From Clostridia bacterium (lineage in GTDB: Bacteria; Bacillota; Clostridia; UBA1381): DNA of 51,167 bases. Shown here in pieces: positions 33,152 through 42,404 of this stretch; the first letter of the stretch is position 1, and every line of letters begins with the position of its first letter. Below the pieces are notes generated by a model. The model did no database searches. It worked only from the letters and a program-made list of their open reading frames with translations, and was not told the DNA's origin. The DNA is taken from NCBI GenBank assembly GCA_900770405.1, contig CAAGKL010000099.1, positions 1 through 51,167 of the forward strand, in the 5' to 3' direction. Made by a program: the position numbers and the translations under genes.

Positions 33152-34528
33152 TCAATTACCGCCCTTGTAGTACTTGTCGAGGTATTCGTCCTTGATACGC
33201 TTGAGCTCGCTGCGCGGCAAAATCGACAGAAGCTCCCAGCCGAGGTCGAGCGTTTCCTCTATACTGCGGTCGGTGTTGTAGCCCTGCGATACGTACTTGC
33301 GTTCAAATTCATCGGCAAAGCGCGCGTAGAGCTTGTCCACGTCGGACAACGCCGCCTCACCGAGGATAACCATAAGCTCCTTCGCGTCCTTGCCGCGCGC
33401 ATATGCGGCAAAGAGCTGGTTCATTGTGTTTGCGTGGTCGGCGCGGGTTTTGCCGTCGCCGATACCCTTGTCCTTAAGACGCGACAGACTCGGCAGAACG
33501 TCAATCGGCGGCGTGATATTCTTGCGGTAAAGCTCGCGCGAGAGAATAATCTGCCCCTCGGTGATGTAGCCGGTGAGGTCGGGAATCGGGTGGGTTTTGT
33601 CGTCCTCGGGCATCGTCAGAATCGGAATGAGCGTAATTGACCCGTCCGAGCCCTTGAGCCTGCCTGCGCGTTCGTAAAGCGTCGCGAGGTCGGTATACAT
33701 ATAGCCGGGGTAGCCGCGTCTGCCGGGCACCTCCTTGCGCGCGGCGGATACCTCACGCAGTGCGTCGGCGTAGTTTGTGATGTCGGTCATAATGACGAGC
33801 ACGTGCATACCCTTGTCAAAGGCGAGGTACTCCGCAGCGGTCAGCGCCATTTTCGGCGTTGCGATACGCTCGATTGCGGGGTCGTTTGCGAGGTTGACAA
33901 ACAGCACCGTGCGCTCAAGCGCACCCGTGCGGCGGAAATCGTCGATAAAAAATTCCGCCTCCTCGAAGGTGATGCCGATTGCCGCAAAGACAACGGCGAA
34001 CTTGCCGCCGCCGGCGCGAACCTTACTCTGGCGCGCAATCTGCGCCGCGAGGTTTGCGTGCGGCAGACCGCTGCCCGAGAAAATCGGCAGCTTTTGACCG
34101 CGGACAAGCGTGTTCAGCCCGTCAATCGCGCTGATGCCGGTCTGGATAAACTCCTCCGGATAGCTGCGCGCGGCGGGGTTCATCGGCGTGCCGTTGATGT
34201 CGGCGCGTTTTTCGGGGATAATCTCCGCCTTGCCGTCCTTCGGGCGTCCGAGCCCGTCGAAAACTCTGCCGAGCATATCCTCCGAAACGCCCAGCTCGAT
34301 TCCGTGACCGAGAAAGCGCACCTTTGAATTTTCGAGGTTAATGCCGGCGCTGTTCTCGAAAAGCTGCACAAGCACGTCCGAGCCGTTCACCTCGAGTACG
34401 CGGCAGCGGCGTCTTTCGCCGTTTGCGAGCTCAATTTCGCCCAACTCGTTGTAGACAACGCCGCTCGTGTTTTTTACAAGCATCAGAGGACCTGCGACCT
34501 CCTCAATCGTTCTGTATTCCTTAGGCAT
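33152..34528 (-). CDS. ntpB: V-type ATPase subunit B
   Basis: Start [15 protein letters not shown] overlaps the ntpA stop (ATGCCTAA). Regulatory beta-type nucleotide-binding fold ([14 protein letters not shown]). Confidence 0.95.
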   Translation of the reverse strand: MPKEYRTIEEVAGPLMLVKNTSGVVYNELGEIELANGERRRCRVLEVNGSDVLVQLFENSAGINLENSKVRFLGHGIELGVSEDMLGRVFDGLGRPKDGKAEIIPEKRADINGTPMNPAARSYPEEFIQTGISAIDGLNTLVRGQKLPIFSGSGLPHANLAAQIARQSKVRAGGGKFAVVFAAIGITFEEAEFFIDDFRRTGALERTVLFVNLANDPAIERIATPKMALTAAEYLAFDKGMHVLVIMTDITNYADALREVSAARKEVPGRRGYPGYMYTDLATLYERAGRLKGSDGSITLIPILTMPEDDKTHPIPDLTGYITEGQIILSRELYRKNITPPIDVLPSLSRLKDKGIGDGKTRADHANTMNQLFAAYARGKDAKELMVILGEAALSDVDKLYARFADEFERKYVSQGYNTDRSIEETLDLGWELLSILPRSELKRIKDEYLDKYYKGGN

Positions 34529-36290
34529 CGTACTCAGCCTCCTTCTTCTTAAGCTCGTCAAGCTGCGCGTCGAGCTCGGCGAGAATCGCGTCATACTCGG
34601 CGTCAACCTTGTCCTCGGGGACATATTTAATTCTGCCGATGCGCTCTCTCACCGGCAGGGCAATCAGCCCACCGATACCGATGCCGTCGGACAGAGCCGA
34701 ATTCGTGCGGTCGTAAAATTTCAAGATAAGGCGCAGCATCGTGCACTGCTTTTTGAGCGTCGCAAAGGTATCCACCTCGTGGAAAGCGTCCTGGTGCAGG
34801 TAATCCTCGCGCACCGAGCGCGCAATCTCAAGCTTTAAGCGGTCGGAGGCAACAAGCGCGTCCATGCCGACCAGCTTTACCATCTCCTCGAGCTCCGCCT
34901 CGTCCTGCAAAAGCGCCATAATGCGGTGGCGCTGCGGCATCCAGTCGGGGGAGATGTTCGTGCTGTACCATTTTTCGAGCGAGTCGATGTAGAGCGAATA
35001 GCTCTTGAGCCAGTTTATTGCGGGGAAGTGGCGCTTGTAGGCAAGTGCGGAATCGAGTCCCCAGAAAACCTTTACGATTCGCAGCGTCGCCTGTGATACA
35101 GGCTCGGAAATATCACCGCCCTGCGGTGATACCGCCCCGACGATGCTCAGTGCACCGACGCGGTCATCGCTGCCGTTTGACACAACTCTGCCGGCACGCT
35201 CGTAAAAGCCGGCAAGCCGGCTGCCCAGGTATGCGGGATAGCCCTCCTCGCCCGGCATTTCCTCCAGACGTCCGCTCATCTCGCGCAGCGCCTCCGCCCA
35301 GCGGGAGGTCGAGTCGGCAAGCAGCACCACCGAGTAGCCCATATCGCGGAAATATTCGGCGATGGTGACGCCGGTGTAAATGCTTGCCTCGCGCGCCGCA
35401 ACCGGCATATCGGAGGTGTTCGCAATCAGAACCGTGCGCTCCATAAGTGTCTTGCCGGTGCGCGGGTCGTGAATTTCGGGAAATTCGTTCAGAACGTCGG
35501 TCATCTCGTTGCCGCGCTCACCGCAGCCGATGTAGACAACGATGTCGGCGTCCGCCCATTTCGCCAGCTGATGCTGTACCACGGTTTTTCCGCTGCCGAA
35601 GGGGCCGGGAACCGTGCCGACGCCGCCCTTCGCAATCGGGAAGAGCGTGTCTATTACGCGCTGCCCGGTAACGAGCGGCACGTCGGGCGAAAGCTTCTTT
35701 TTGTAGGGTCTGCCGACTCTGACGGGCCATTTCTGCATAAGTTTCACGTCGTATTCGCCGCCGCGGTCAAGCTTGATTTTGCCGATGACCTCGTCGACGG
35801 TAAACGCCCCGACCTTGAGGCTTACAAGCTCGCCCGAGCAGCCGGGCGGAACCATAATTTTGTGCAGAACGACATCGGTTTCGGGAACAGTGCCGAGAAT
35901 GTCGCCCTCCTCAACCCTGCCGGGCTTTGCGGTCGGCGTAAAATCCCATACGGTATCGCGCGAGAGCGCCGGAACGTTGATGCCGCGCTCAAGGCGGTTG
36001 CCCGCCTTTGCCATAATCGCGTCAAGCGGACGCTGGATACCGTCGTAAATGCTCTTGATAAGTCCCGGCCCGAGCTCCGCCGAGAGCGGCTCGCCGGTGG
36101 AGGTGACGCTGCCGCCCGGCCCGAGTCCCGAGGTTTCCTCGTAAACCTGAATAGAAGCCCTGTCGCCGTGCATTTCGATAATCTCGCCGACGAGCCCCAG
36201 CTCGCTCACGCGCACAACGTCGTACATATTGGCGTCGCGCATACCCTCGGCGATAACCAGAGGTCCCGACACCTTTTTTATAGTTGCCAT
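34521..36290 (-). CDS. ntpA: V-type ATPase catalytic subunit A
   Basis: 589 aa. Walker [10 protein letters not shown]. Contains the non-homologous insert typical of V/A-type A subunits. Confidence 0.95.
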   Translation of the reverse strand: MATIKKVSGPLVIAEGMRDANMYDVVRVSELGLVGEIIEMHGDRASIQVYEETSGLGPGGSVTSTGEPLSAELGPGLIKSIYDGIQRPLDAIMAKAGNRLERGINVPALSRDTVWDFTPTAKPGRVEEGDILGTVPETDVVLHKIMVPPGCSGELVSLKVGAFTVDEVIGKIKLDRGGEYDVKLMQKWPVRVGRPYKKKLSPDVPLVTGQRVIDTLFPIAKGGVGTVPGPFGSGKTVVQHQLAKWADADIVVYIGCGERGNEMTDVLNEFPEIHDPRTGKTLMERTVLIANTSDMPVAAREASIYTGVTIAEYFRDMGYSVVLLADSTSRWAEALREMSGRLEEMPGEEGYPAYLGSRLAGFYERAGRVVSNGSDDRVGALSIVGAVSPQGGDISEPVSQATLRIVKVFWGLDSALAYKRHFPAINWLKSYSLYIDSLEKWYSTNISPDWMPQRHRIMALLQDEAELEEMVKLVGMDALVASDRLKLEIARSVREDYLHQDAFHEVDTFATLKKQCTMLRLILKFYDRTNSALSDGIGIGGLIALPVRERIGRIKYVPEDKVDAEYDAILAELDAQLDELKKKEAEYDA

Positions 36291-36338
36291 CTTCCGTCCG
36301 TCCTTTCAGAATGTATTGTGAAATGCGCCCCGGCGCAT

Positions 36339-36659
36339 TTATTCGTCGTTGTAAATAATGTCCGAGCCGACCGCCTGCTCAACGTACTTTTTCATCTGCG
36401 CCCTGCCCGCGCCGTCGCTTTGCTGAACCGACGGAATTGGTATAAAGGCGGGAGTGAGCGTCTCGCCGACCTCGTCAATCTGCGCCTTGGCGGCGAAAAA
36501 GCAGGGCTCGGTGATGTAGAGCACGCCGTAGTCTGCGCGCGAGAGCGTGCGGACGGTGTGGCGCGCCTGTTCGGGGTCATTGCATATGAATGTGTCCGCC
36601 CCGAGCGCGGCAAAGCCGCAAATGCTGTCATAGTCGCCTATTACGCCTATTTTATACAT
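36339..36659 (-). CDS. ntpG: V-type ATPase subunit F (E. hirae NtpG position)
   Basis: MYKIGVIGDYDSICGFAALG, about 106 aa. The ATG overlaps the ntpC stop (ATGTATAA). Confidence 0.85.
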   Translation of the reverse strand: MYKIGVIGDYDSICGFAALGADTFICNDPEQARHTVRTLSRADYGVLYITEPCFFAAKAQIDEVGETLTPAFIPIPSVQQSDGAGRAQMKKYVEQAVGSDIIYNDE

Positions 36660-37575
36660 ACAAATCACGCAGCCTTTCTCTTATAACCGTGTCGTCGAGC
36701 CCGTTCTCCTTGCACGCCAGAATTATGCGCAGCGCCTGGATTTCAAAGCTCTTGCCTATAAGAAAGGCGGCAATCGGCGCAAATCCGAAAAATTTTGCCT
36801 TTGCCGTGCGCACGTATGCGAGCCGCCGGTTGTCGCACCAGCGCTCAAACGCCCCGATTGACGAGGTGTCGGCGTTGGGGAACAGCCGCCTGATGTATTC
36901 GGCGATCTGCGCCGTGCCCGCCATAAGCTCCTCGCGCGGCGTGCTGAGCGCATTTTCGCGGAAGCTGCGGCTTTTTTGGGACAGCGCGCAGCGCCACGCG
37001 GTTTTCAAATCCGCGAGCGTCTGCAAAAGCTCAAAATATCCGATTAAAAATTCGTCGTCGGTCTGCCTTGCCCGCGCATTTGCCTTTTCAAAATACGCCT
37101 TGTCTATGAAAATTTCACAGAGCTGCCCGTCCATCGTCGAGGTGAGCAGCGCGTACGCCTCGGCTGCAACATCGCGGATAAAGTCGGGCAGCGCCGAAAA
37201 ATCGCCGCCTTTCACTGCCGCGAGCAGCTCCTCTGCCGGTATGACCGACGGCGAAAGCAGCATATTTTCGCAGCTGACGCTTGCGACGTGCGCTTTCAGC
37301 GCGGTTTTTAAATTGTGGAAATCGTTCTCGTATAAAAGCAGATCAATCGGCGCGTCGTCTGGGCATACCTCGTATGCGGCGCTCCACGCGCGCGAAAGCT
37401 CGCCCTTTAATATTTCCGCGGTGCTGCCCTCGCCGAAGCCGCGCTCCGCGAGAGCTTTTCTGACCTCGCGCGCGTCCTTTGCCGAAATCATCGCGTCAAT
37501 GTCGGCGCGGGTCAGCATCCTGTTTTCGAGCGTTTTTATGTGTGCGACCGCGTATGCGGACTCAAAATCCTTCAA
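36652..37575 (-). CDS. ntpC: V-type ATPase subunit C (d-type)
   Basis: 307 aa, helical. Sits between E and F. TTG start 10 nt after AAGGAG. Confidence 0.85.
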   Translation of the reverse strand: MKDFESAYAVAHIKTLENRMLTRADIDAMISAKDAREVRKALAERGFGEGSTAEILKGELSRAWSAAYEVCPDDAPIDLLLYENDFHNLKTALKAHVASVSCENMLLSPSVIPAEELLAAVKGGDFSALPDFIRDVAAEAYALLTSTMDGQLCEIFIDKAYFEKANARARQTDDEFLIGYFELLQTLADLKTAWRCALSQKSRSFRENALSTPREELMAGTAQIAEYIRRLFPNADTSSIGAFERWCDNRRLAYVRTAKAKFFGFAPIAAFLIGKSFEIQALRIILACKENGLDDTVIRERLRDLYV

Positions 37576-37590
37576 GCTGATTTCACTCCT

Positions 37591-38148
37591 TTACTTGCAG
37601 GCGATGTCAAAAAGCTCGCTTTCCTTGTCACGGAACAGCTCGTCAATCGTGCAGTTCTGCTCGACCCTGCCGTATCTGATGATGAAGCCGTCCGACGGTG
37701 CGTACTCCTCGGAGAGCGCCAGCTTGTCCGAGAGCTTTTTCGCAAAATCCGTACCGAGCCGCTCCAAGTCGCGCTTTGACAGCAGAATTTCCCCCGGCTC
37801 ATCGGTGCACTGCGCCTTGAAAATCGCGGCGAGACAGTCGCCGTACTCGGCATCGGGCATATTTATAATGCGATCCTTTGCCGCCGCAATCAGCTCCGCC
37901 GCAGCCTCCCTGCGTGCCGCGAGCAGCTCCGAGCGCTCAATGTCGGCAAGGCGTGCCTTGTGCCGCTCGCGCATATCGGCGAGCGCCTGCGTTTTGCCCT
38001 TTTCCGCCGCGTCCCTGACGCGCGCCTTCTCCGCGTCATATTCCTTTTTTATCTCCGCCGCGCGCGCCTCCGCCTCAGCCAGCTTCTGCGCTGCCTGCTC
38101 CTCAGCGTCAGCAATTATGCGGTCGGTTATGCTGTTTAATCCCGTCAT
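37591..38148 (-). CDS. ntpE: V-type ATPase subunit E
   Basis: Start re-set to MTGLNSITDRIIADAEEQAAQKLAEAE. Long N-terminal charged helix plus a globular C-domain; 185 aa. Confidence 0.85.
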   Translation of the reverse strand: MTGLNSITDRIIADAEEQAAQKLAEAEARAAEIKKEYDAEKARVRDAAEKGKTQALADMRERHKARLADIERSELLAARREAAAELIAAAKDRIINMPDAEYGDCLAAIFKAQCTDEPGEILLSKRDLERLGTDFAKKLSDKLALSEEYAPSDGFIIRYGRVEQNCTIDELFRDKESELFDIACK

Positions 38149-38162
38149 TTTACCAAACCCTT

Positions 38163-38630
38163 TCAGATGTTGATTACGGTCAGGAAGGAAACGATAAAGC
38201 CGAGCAGTGCGTAAAGCTCGATAAGCGATGCGGAAACGATAGCCTTTGAGCTCTCCTCGGGTCTTTTCGCGGTGAGGTTCACACCTGTCGCGCAAACTCT
38301 GCCCTGTGATTTTGCCGAGAAAAGTCCGGCAAAGCCGATAGGCATACAAGCGAAAAGATACTCAAGCCCGACCGTCCAGTCGGTCACCGGCTCGCCGCCG
38401 AGTATGCCGATGTTCAAAAGCACCATAACGCCGACGATAAGCCCGTAAAGACCCTGCGTACCGGGCAGCAGCTGCAGAACGAGCAGCTTACCGAATTTGC
38501 CGGGATCGTCGATGATAACGGCTGCCGCCGCCTCCGACGCAATTCCCACACCCTTCGACGAGCCGATGCCCGCCAGAACAACCGCAATTGCAACTCCCGC
38601 GAGTGCCAGAGCCATACCCAAATTCAACAT
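38163..38630 (-). CDS. ntpK: V-type ATPase proteolipid subunit K
   Basis: 155 aa, four-helix duplicated c-type subunit, Gly/Ala-rich TM helices. Confidence 0.9.
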   Translation of the reverse strand: MLNLGMALALAGVAIAVVLAGIGSSKGVGIASEAAAAVIIDDPGKFGKLLVLQLLPGTQGLYGLIVGVMVLLNIGILGGEPVTDWTVGLEYLFACMPIGFAGLFSAKSQGRVCATGVNLTAKRPEESSKAIVSASLIELYALLGFIVSFLTVINI

Positions 38631-38652
38631 TTCAAACCAATCCTTTCATATT

Positions 38653-40599
38653 TTAGAATTTATAATATTTTGTCTTGAAGCCGAACGGGGAGAATTTTCT
38701 GCCGCCGCCCTCGTAAAATTTCTGATAAAATTCAACATACTGCAAACGGTTGGTGTGCACGTATGCGCCGAGCATATTTATCGCGAAGTTCAGCGAGTGT
38801 CCGAAAACCGAAATCGCAACGAACACGATAAACCCGAGGATGCCACCGCCGCCGAGCGAGCCGAGCACGTTTATAACCGACGCGATAACGCCTGTTGCGA
38901 GCCCGAGCGCCATAAGCCTTGAATAGGAGAGCACGTCGCCGACGATGCTTGTGATGTCGTAAAGGCTTAAAATTCCGCCGAAAAGCTTCATAACCGGGTT
39001 CTTTTTGTCACGCCCCTGTGTGAGAACGAGCCCGATTGCCGCGGCTGCCGCGATGATTTTGCCCGCATTTGCGAGCACCGCCGAGCCGAGCGCCGACCCG
39101 CCGGCAAGCGCGCAGATTCCGAGAATTACCGCAATCCAGAAGCCCGTGTCGCATATCGCCGCGAAACGGTTGCCGTCGCGCCATGTCATATACATCTTGA
39201 TCGCCATTCCGGTCAGTATGTGTACAACGCCGAAGGCGACGCTCATAATCAGCACCGACAGAGGCTTTTGCACCGGGTCGACCAGAACCGGCAGGAGTGC
39301 AAGCTGACCCTTGCCGAAGGTGCGCGACACCGTCGCGATCATATCTCCGAAAAAGCTGCCGTACATAATTCCCCAGAAGGTGGTCGACACGCCGCAGTAG
39401 AAGAACATTTTGAAGGTGCGCCGCTTTTCCGGTTCGAGGAAATTGCCGAACCCGAGTAGCCCGCAGCCGATCATCATAAGTATGCCGTAGCCCGCGTCGG
39501 AGAACATCATTCCGAAGAAGAAATAGTAGAAAATCGCCATAATCGGGTTCGGGTCGATGTCATGCGGGGACGGCATCGCGTAGTCCGAGGTTATGCCCTC
39601 GACCGGCGACACGAGCGCGTTGTTGTCAAATGCGGAGGGGACGTCCTCGCCCTCCTCCGGATCGGAAAGCTGCACGCTGAGCGTGAATTTTTGCATAAGC
39701 CCGTCCGAGAGCTTGTCCGCGAGCTCCTCCGGCACGTAGCCGGTTAAGAAGAATGCGGTTTTTGTTATGCCGAGCCCGGAGAGTACTCGGTATTTATCGC
39801 GCCGTACCGACAGCCTGTCCAGCATCAGCTCGAGCGCGCCGCGCTCTGCCGCAAGAGCGGAGAGCTTTTCGTTCGTGTCGGAATTTTGCCGGGCTATTTC
39901 CTCGCGCCGTGCGGCAATTTTTCCGAGCTGCACCGCCACGCTCTCTGCCCCGAGCCCTTTCGGCGCGAGCAGATTGAGCCGTGTGCAGACTGCTGCCGCC
40001 TCATTTTCGAGGTAGTCAGGGTACAAAATCCACAGTGCCGTCTGTTGCTTTGTCGCGCTTATGACTTCGATGTAAACGTCCGCCGCGCCGCCGTCCGCAA
40101 ATTCGCCAAAAAGCTCCTCCGCCGTGTGCTCGCCCTCGATTGTACCGAGCCGTATCACGGTGCGGCGCGTTTTGCGCAGGGCGGGCGGGACGTCGAGCGA
40201 GCGGAAAGGCTCGAGCGTCTTTTCGCGCACATCGAGCGCGGAAAGCTCGTCGGTGCGCTCCTTTTTCTCTTTTGCGAGCCGTATAATGTCGGCGGCAATG
40301 CCGACCGTGCGGCTGATTTCGCCCTCGTCGGCGGTGTATGCCACGCCGGCGGCATTGGTTTTTCTGCGGAACATTCCCCCGCCGTCCGCCGCGGGCGGAA
40401 GAATTTCAAGTGCACGCATAATCTGCGAAATGTAGGCATCAAACCTCGAAATCGCCGCGGCGGTCTGCGCCGTGCCGACCTCCTCGCAGCGGCTGTCCGA
40501 AATATCGACGCAGCCGAGCGACTGCAAATATTCGAGCACCTGCTTGCGCTCACGGTTCAAGCCGACCAGCTCGAGCCGTTTCATTTTTACAAGTGCCAA
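38653..40599 (-). CDS. ntpI: V-type ATPase subunit I (a-type stator/proton channel)
   Basis: Cytoplasmic N-half plus a polytopic C-half. The family-typical N-terminus (M)ALVKMKRLELVG follows from the TTG at 40599, 7 nt after GAGGGG. GTG at 40614 and ATG at 40584 are alternatives. Confidence 0.9.
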   Translation of the reverse strand: MALVKMKRLELVGLNRERKQVLEYLQSLGCVDISDSRCEEVGTAQTAAAISRFDAYISQIMRALEILPPAADGGGMFRRKTNAAGVAYTADEGEISRTVGIAADIIRLAKEKKERTDELSALDVREKTLEPFRSLDVPPALRKTRRTVIRLGTIEGEHTAEELFGEFADGGAADVYIEVISATKQQTALWILYPDYLENEAAAVCTRLNLLAPKGLGAESVAVQLGKIAARREEIARQNSDTNEKLSALAAERGALELMLDRLSVRRDKYRVLSGLGITKTAFFLTGYVPEELADKLSDGLMQKFTLSVQLSDPEEGEDVPSAFDNNALVSPVEGITSDYAMPSPHDIDPNPIMAIFYYFFFGMMFSDAGYGILMMIGCGLLGFGNFLEPEKRRTFKMFFYCGVSTTFWGIMYGSFFGDMIATVSRTFGKGQLALLPVLVDPVQKPLSVLIMSVAFGVVHILTGMAIKMYMTWRDGNRFAAICDTGFWIAVILGICALAGGSALGSAVLANAGKIIAAAAAIGLVLTQGRDKKNPVMKLFGGILSLYDITSIVGDVLSYSRLMALGLATGVIASVINVLGSLGGGGILGFIVFVAISVFGHSLNFAINMLGAYVHTNRLQYVEFYQKFYEGGGRKFSPFGFKTKYYKF

Positions 40600-40631
40600 A
40601 TTATCACCCCTCACCTTGAAGATAAATCAAA

Positions 40632-40667
40632 TGCGGCAGATTTTTCTGCCGCACAAAAACCCGGCAG
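40632..40667 (-). promoter_or_regulatory. mutually exclusive hairpins between ntpF and ntpI (attenuator-like)
   Basis: Minus strand: CTGCCG(A)-ggtttttgtg-CGGCAG(B)-aaaaa-TCTGCCGCA(C)-TTTGATTTATCTT. B can pair with A or, as TGCGGCAGA, with C. The B:C hairpin is followed by a U-rich tract. Confidence 0.35.
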
Positions 40668-40678
40668 AAGGGAGGAGG

Positions 40679-40990
40679 TCAGCTTTTGACCGCCTCGATA
40701 ATTCTGCCGATAATGTTTTCCCTTGTTCCGTCGTCTTTTTTGCGTAGCATCTCGCACTTTTGCGAAAGCTCCGCGCGGAATTTTTCCTCGTCGGCGAAAA
40801 GCTCGCCCTCGAGCTCCTTTTTGGCAAAATCCTTTTCCTTTTCGCACTTTTGCGAAAGCGCGTTCAACTCGTCGCGCTCGCTGCGGGCGACGTCCTCCAA
40901 AAGCTTCGCCGCGCGCTTTTGTGTGTCGGAAATGATTTGTGCCGCTTTTTCCTCGGCGGCTTTTACCGCCTCAATTGCTTCCTTTGCCAC
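40679..40990 (-). CDS. ntpF: V-type ATPase subunit G/H-like small coiled-coil subunit (E. hirae NtpF position)
   Basis: GTG start gives (M)AKEAIEAVKAAEEKAAQIISD..., a 103-aa charged helical protein. It is the first gene of the operon. The ORF-track TTG at 41083 lacks an RBS. Confidence 0.6.
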   Translation of the reverse strand: MAKEAIEAVKAAEEKAAQIISDTQKRAAKLLEDVARSERDELNALSQKCEKEKDFAKKELEGELFADEEKFRAELSQKCEMLRKKDDGTRENIIGRIIEAVKS

Positions 40991-41113
40991 TTCTCCGACG
41001 TCCTTTCGTAAAAAGTCTGAGCCGCAGACGCTCTGCAGGCTTATTCTTTCGTTTTCGGGCGATTTTATACCCGATGCTGGCAATTTTTTGTATTAAACTA
41101 CCAATTATAACTG

Positions 41114-41142
41114 ATTATACACAAAAAATTAGACAAAGTCAA
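41114..41142 (-). promoter_or_regulatory. sigma-A type promoter of the V-ATPase operon
   Basis: Minus strand: TTGACT, 17-nt spacer, TATAAT. This implies a leader of about 115 nt before ntpF. Confidence 0.65.
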
Positions 41143-41200
41143 CAAACAAATCGAACAAAATGACGGATAAACGACATTTTCGCGATTTTGTATAATTTTG

Positions 41201-42067
41201 TCACAAAAGCTGTGACAAAGCGCACAAAAGTATGCGTGCATTTTCGTTAAAAAAATCACTAAGAAGGCTCTCGGAAAGCGGGTTTTTGCCGTGTCCCATC
41301 TCGACGGTGAAGCCGCTTTTGCCGAACTCCTTTATGAACCAGTCCTTGCACCCGCCGAACGCCGCAGTGCCGGTGGGATTGCGCACCGGGTAGCCGCTGA
41401 CGGCGGACATACGCTCGGCGGCGAGGCGGTCCTTTTCGGTGGCAAGCCCGTCGAAATCGTAGTAAATTTCCCCGCCTTGCGAATGAAACGCCATCAGCAT
41501 ATCGAAATCCTCGCTCCGCACAAGCTCGGTCACGGCGCGCACCTCAGGCTCGCTTTCGGCGTAGGGACCGCTGTATTTCGACGGTGCGGGCGATTTTTCG
41601 ATCACGCTCCAGCGCGCGTCGTAGTTGTGGTTCAGGTCGACGCCGTTCGCGTTCGCCTGCCATACGCGGTTAAAGCTGTGTATGCCGACGCTGCTGATCA
41701 GGCGTCGGTGAAAGCGGTTTGTGATGTCGAGCCCGTTCACGGCGATGTCCACGCCGTCGGGGTTGACCATCGGCACGACGTATAGCGAGGTGCCGTCGAA
41801 CAGGCGTATCGCGTCGAAGCCGAGCATATCCGAGCCCTGCTCGACGCAGGCGGCGTATTCGTTCAAAAACCGCATAAGAAACGCCGAGGTTATGTATTCG
41901 AGGCCGTGATGTGCCCCGCTCGCAAAGAGCTTTTTGCTGCCGCTGCCGTATTTTACGCAGAAAATTTTCTGTTCCATAACGCTCTCGCCTATCGAAAACA
42001 GCTCGCCGCCGTGGTGCGCGTGAAATTCATTTATTTCCGCCGTGCATTTTTTGTAATCATAGCCCAT
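41201..42067 (-). CDS. M14 family zinc carboxypeptidase (gamma-D-glutamyl-meso-DAP peptidase type)
   Basis: HHGLEY (HxxE zinc site), VPMVNPDGVD, DLNHNY, and the later His in AFHSQGG. 288 aa. Confidence 0.8.
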   Translation of the reverse strand: MGYDYKKCTAEINEFHAHHGGELFSIGESVMEQKIFCVKYGSGSKKLFASGAHHGLEYITSAFLMRFLNEYAACVEQGSDMLGFDAIRLFDGTSLYVVPMVNPDGVDIAVNGLDITNRFHRRLISSVGIHSFNRVWQANANGVDLNHNYDARWSVIEKSPAPSKYSGPYAESEPEVRAVTELVRSEDFDMLMAFHSQGGEIYYDFDGLATEKDRLAAERMSAVSGYPVRNPTGTAAFGGCKDWFIKEFGKSGFTVEMGHGKNPLSESLLSDFFNENARILLCALSQLL

Positions 42068-42165
42068 TTTTCAAACTCTCCCCTTTAATAGTGTAAGAAT
42101 TCCTCCGTTAATTATATGCGCCGCCCGGGCGGAAAATTCCGCCGCCGAATGTTACAAAACAATTA

Positions 42166-42279
42166 CTATCCACTTATTCCACGCAGTTTTCCACGCAAAA
42201 AGCGCGGATTTTTGCCGAATTTATGCGGATTGGGCAGGTTATCCACAGGGTGTGGATAACTTTTTCCGAATTATCCGAC
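42166..42279. promoter_or_regulatory. DnaA-box cluster
   Basis: Perfect TTATCCACA (42239-42247) and perfect inverted TGTGGATAA (42251-42259), separated by 3 nt. Also CTATCCACT (42166) and TTTTCCACG (42187) at 7/9 matches, and weaker TTATCCGAC (42271). An AT-rich tract lies at 42280-42299. Confidence 0.6.
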
Positions 42280-42299
42280 AAATAAATATTTTATTTTTC

Positions 42300-42328
42300 T
42301 TGACAAAAACGCCGTTTGGATATAAACT
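42300..42328 (+). promoter_or_regulatory. sigma-A type promoter upstream of glyQS
   Basis: TTGACA, 17-nt spacer, TAAACT. The leader is about 70 nt. Confidence 0.55.
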
Positions 42329-42404
42329 AATATAGATAAGGTGCGTCTGCCAAGCCCGCGGCGGCGCGCCGGTAAAATTGCGGGCGGAAAGGCTGCATTG
42401 AAAA

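Noticed and set aside
35469-38173. Long plus-strand ORFs (405 aa and 527 aa) across the V-ATPase operon
   Set aside because: They are antisense to ntpA, ntpG, ntpC and ntpE. The translations are low-complexity (Ser/Ala/Arg-rich) and there are no RBS or family motifs.
42068-42404. T-box riboswitch upstream of glyQS
   Set aside because: A T-box is expected for a Firmicutes aaRS gene. However, the predicted leader from the TTGACA/TAAACT promoter is only about 70 nt. I also find no T-box sequence (GGGTGGTACCGCG-like), specifier stem or terminator. The region is instead dominated by DnaA boxes.
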